A stretch of DNA of 58,615 nucleotides, the filler included, from Platydemus manokwari (lineage: Eukaryota), in NCBI GenBank assembly GCA_037951405.1. It is 4 parts of 4 records of this genome, joined end to end, with 100 filler letters (N's around TTAATTAATTAA, not from the genome) between each part and the next. Parts side by side here need not be neighbours in the genome. Positions count along the whole stretch, not along the records: positions 48,495 to 58,615 come from JBBMOY011153771.1; 3 more parts are not named here. The stretch is one strand, 5' to 3'. Every line of letters begins with the position of its first letter. The stretch's first letter is position 1. The notes beneath the pieces are model-generated. The model had not been told where the DNA came from and searched no databases. It saw nothing but the letters and a program-made list of their open reading frames with translations. This document shows positions 57,596 to 58,615 of the stretch, piece by piece. Position numbers and translations under genes: made by a program.

Positions 57596-58615
57596 ATTTT
57601 TCACTCTTTAAAATAGGTATTTAACTTTATATATAAATAATGAAACCCCCTTCATTTTGATTTTTAATTTATAAAAATTTGCTAAATATATCAAAATTTG
57701 GAAAATATTCGTATATCAGGATTTTATCATTCTGAATATTGCTGGGTCTCAGACCCCACCACTGAGATTAAGATGAAAAATCACAAGACAATTTTAAAAA
57801 TTACCTAAAAATAGAACAAACGATGAAAATCGAATTTAAAAAGTATAAAAAATAGAACAACAAAATAATAATATCTAAAAATAGAAATAAAAAAGGTGAA
57901 AATAGTTAACAAAAAAGACAAAAAAGAAAAAATAGCACGATAAAAGGCAATATTGATAAGAACGAGAAAATATCAAGATACACAAAAAAATATAATACAA
58001 ATTAAAGACAGGACATTTTAATGTCCACTGAACCTACACTGATTGTAGAATGATATTTTCGATTCCTCATTTACGTTTGAGTTATTCATAATTGCTATCT
58101 TCCTAATCGTGTTTTAAATTATAAATAACAATCAATAATTGAGAAGAAACAAAGTTGACAGAAAAATTATTTCCCCCCCTAAATAGTTACTTAAAATTTT
58201 TATCTACATGTAATCTTTAAATTTAATTTTCACATTTTATTATATTTCTACTTTATCCACACCTTTAATTAATTTTAATTGGTTGAACTCAGCCCAATCG
58301 TTTTATTAAATAAAATTTAAAAATCTATCAGAGATTGGTTCAATATGTTCAATCATCAGTAAGCTATTCACTAAAAAGAGCTTTTAATTTTACTATTGGA
58401 GTTAGATTAGATAAATAAACCCGTTAATTATCACAAAATTTTCCAAACTTTCCCTATCAGTCTTATATCAAATAATTTAACAAATCATTTTAAAATATGC
58501 CTTAACAATACGTCTTAGTTCAAAATAACCTTGAAAATAACTTAAAATACAATCTGGGTTTCGCATATTTTCCAAAAGAATAATAACAATACTTTTAAAT
58601 ACATTAATGTTATGG

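Overview
This is a eukaryotic, very AT-rich window with many 47-70 nt GT-AG introns. Composition, intron size and gene content suggest an animal such as a planarian flatworm (inference, not verified). Three artificial 100-nt linkers (44N-TTAATTAATTAA-44N) and one 193-N gap break it up, so adjacency across those points is not guaranteed. Genes reconstructed by hand: internal exons of a GSK3 kinase (+); a 15-exon NAA25/MDM20 NatB auxiliary subunit (-, ~981 aa); a 3-exon tandem DUF1330-like protein (+, 208 aa); a single-exon KCNE/MinK-like one-TM protein (+); a 7-exon INO80 ATPase (+, ~1173 aa); an unidentified ORF convergent with INO80 (-); an intronless divergent calaxin/EFCAB1-like EF-hand protein (+); and an intronless double-RING (C3HC3D) protein (+) lying between two diverged ~0.5 kb promoter-bearing direct repeats. 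Introns and intergenic DNA carry transposon debris: two Merlin/ISXO2-like relics, a TTAA-flanked piggyBac-type MITE, a hAT-like MITE, a Ty3/Gypsy integrase relic, a Tc1/pogo-type TIR and a small fold-back. The best leads are the LTR-like repeat/double-RING unit, the KCNE-like protein and the intron-containing tandem DUF1330 gene. No database searches were run; family calls rest on motif recognition.
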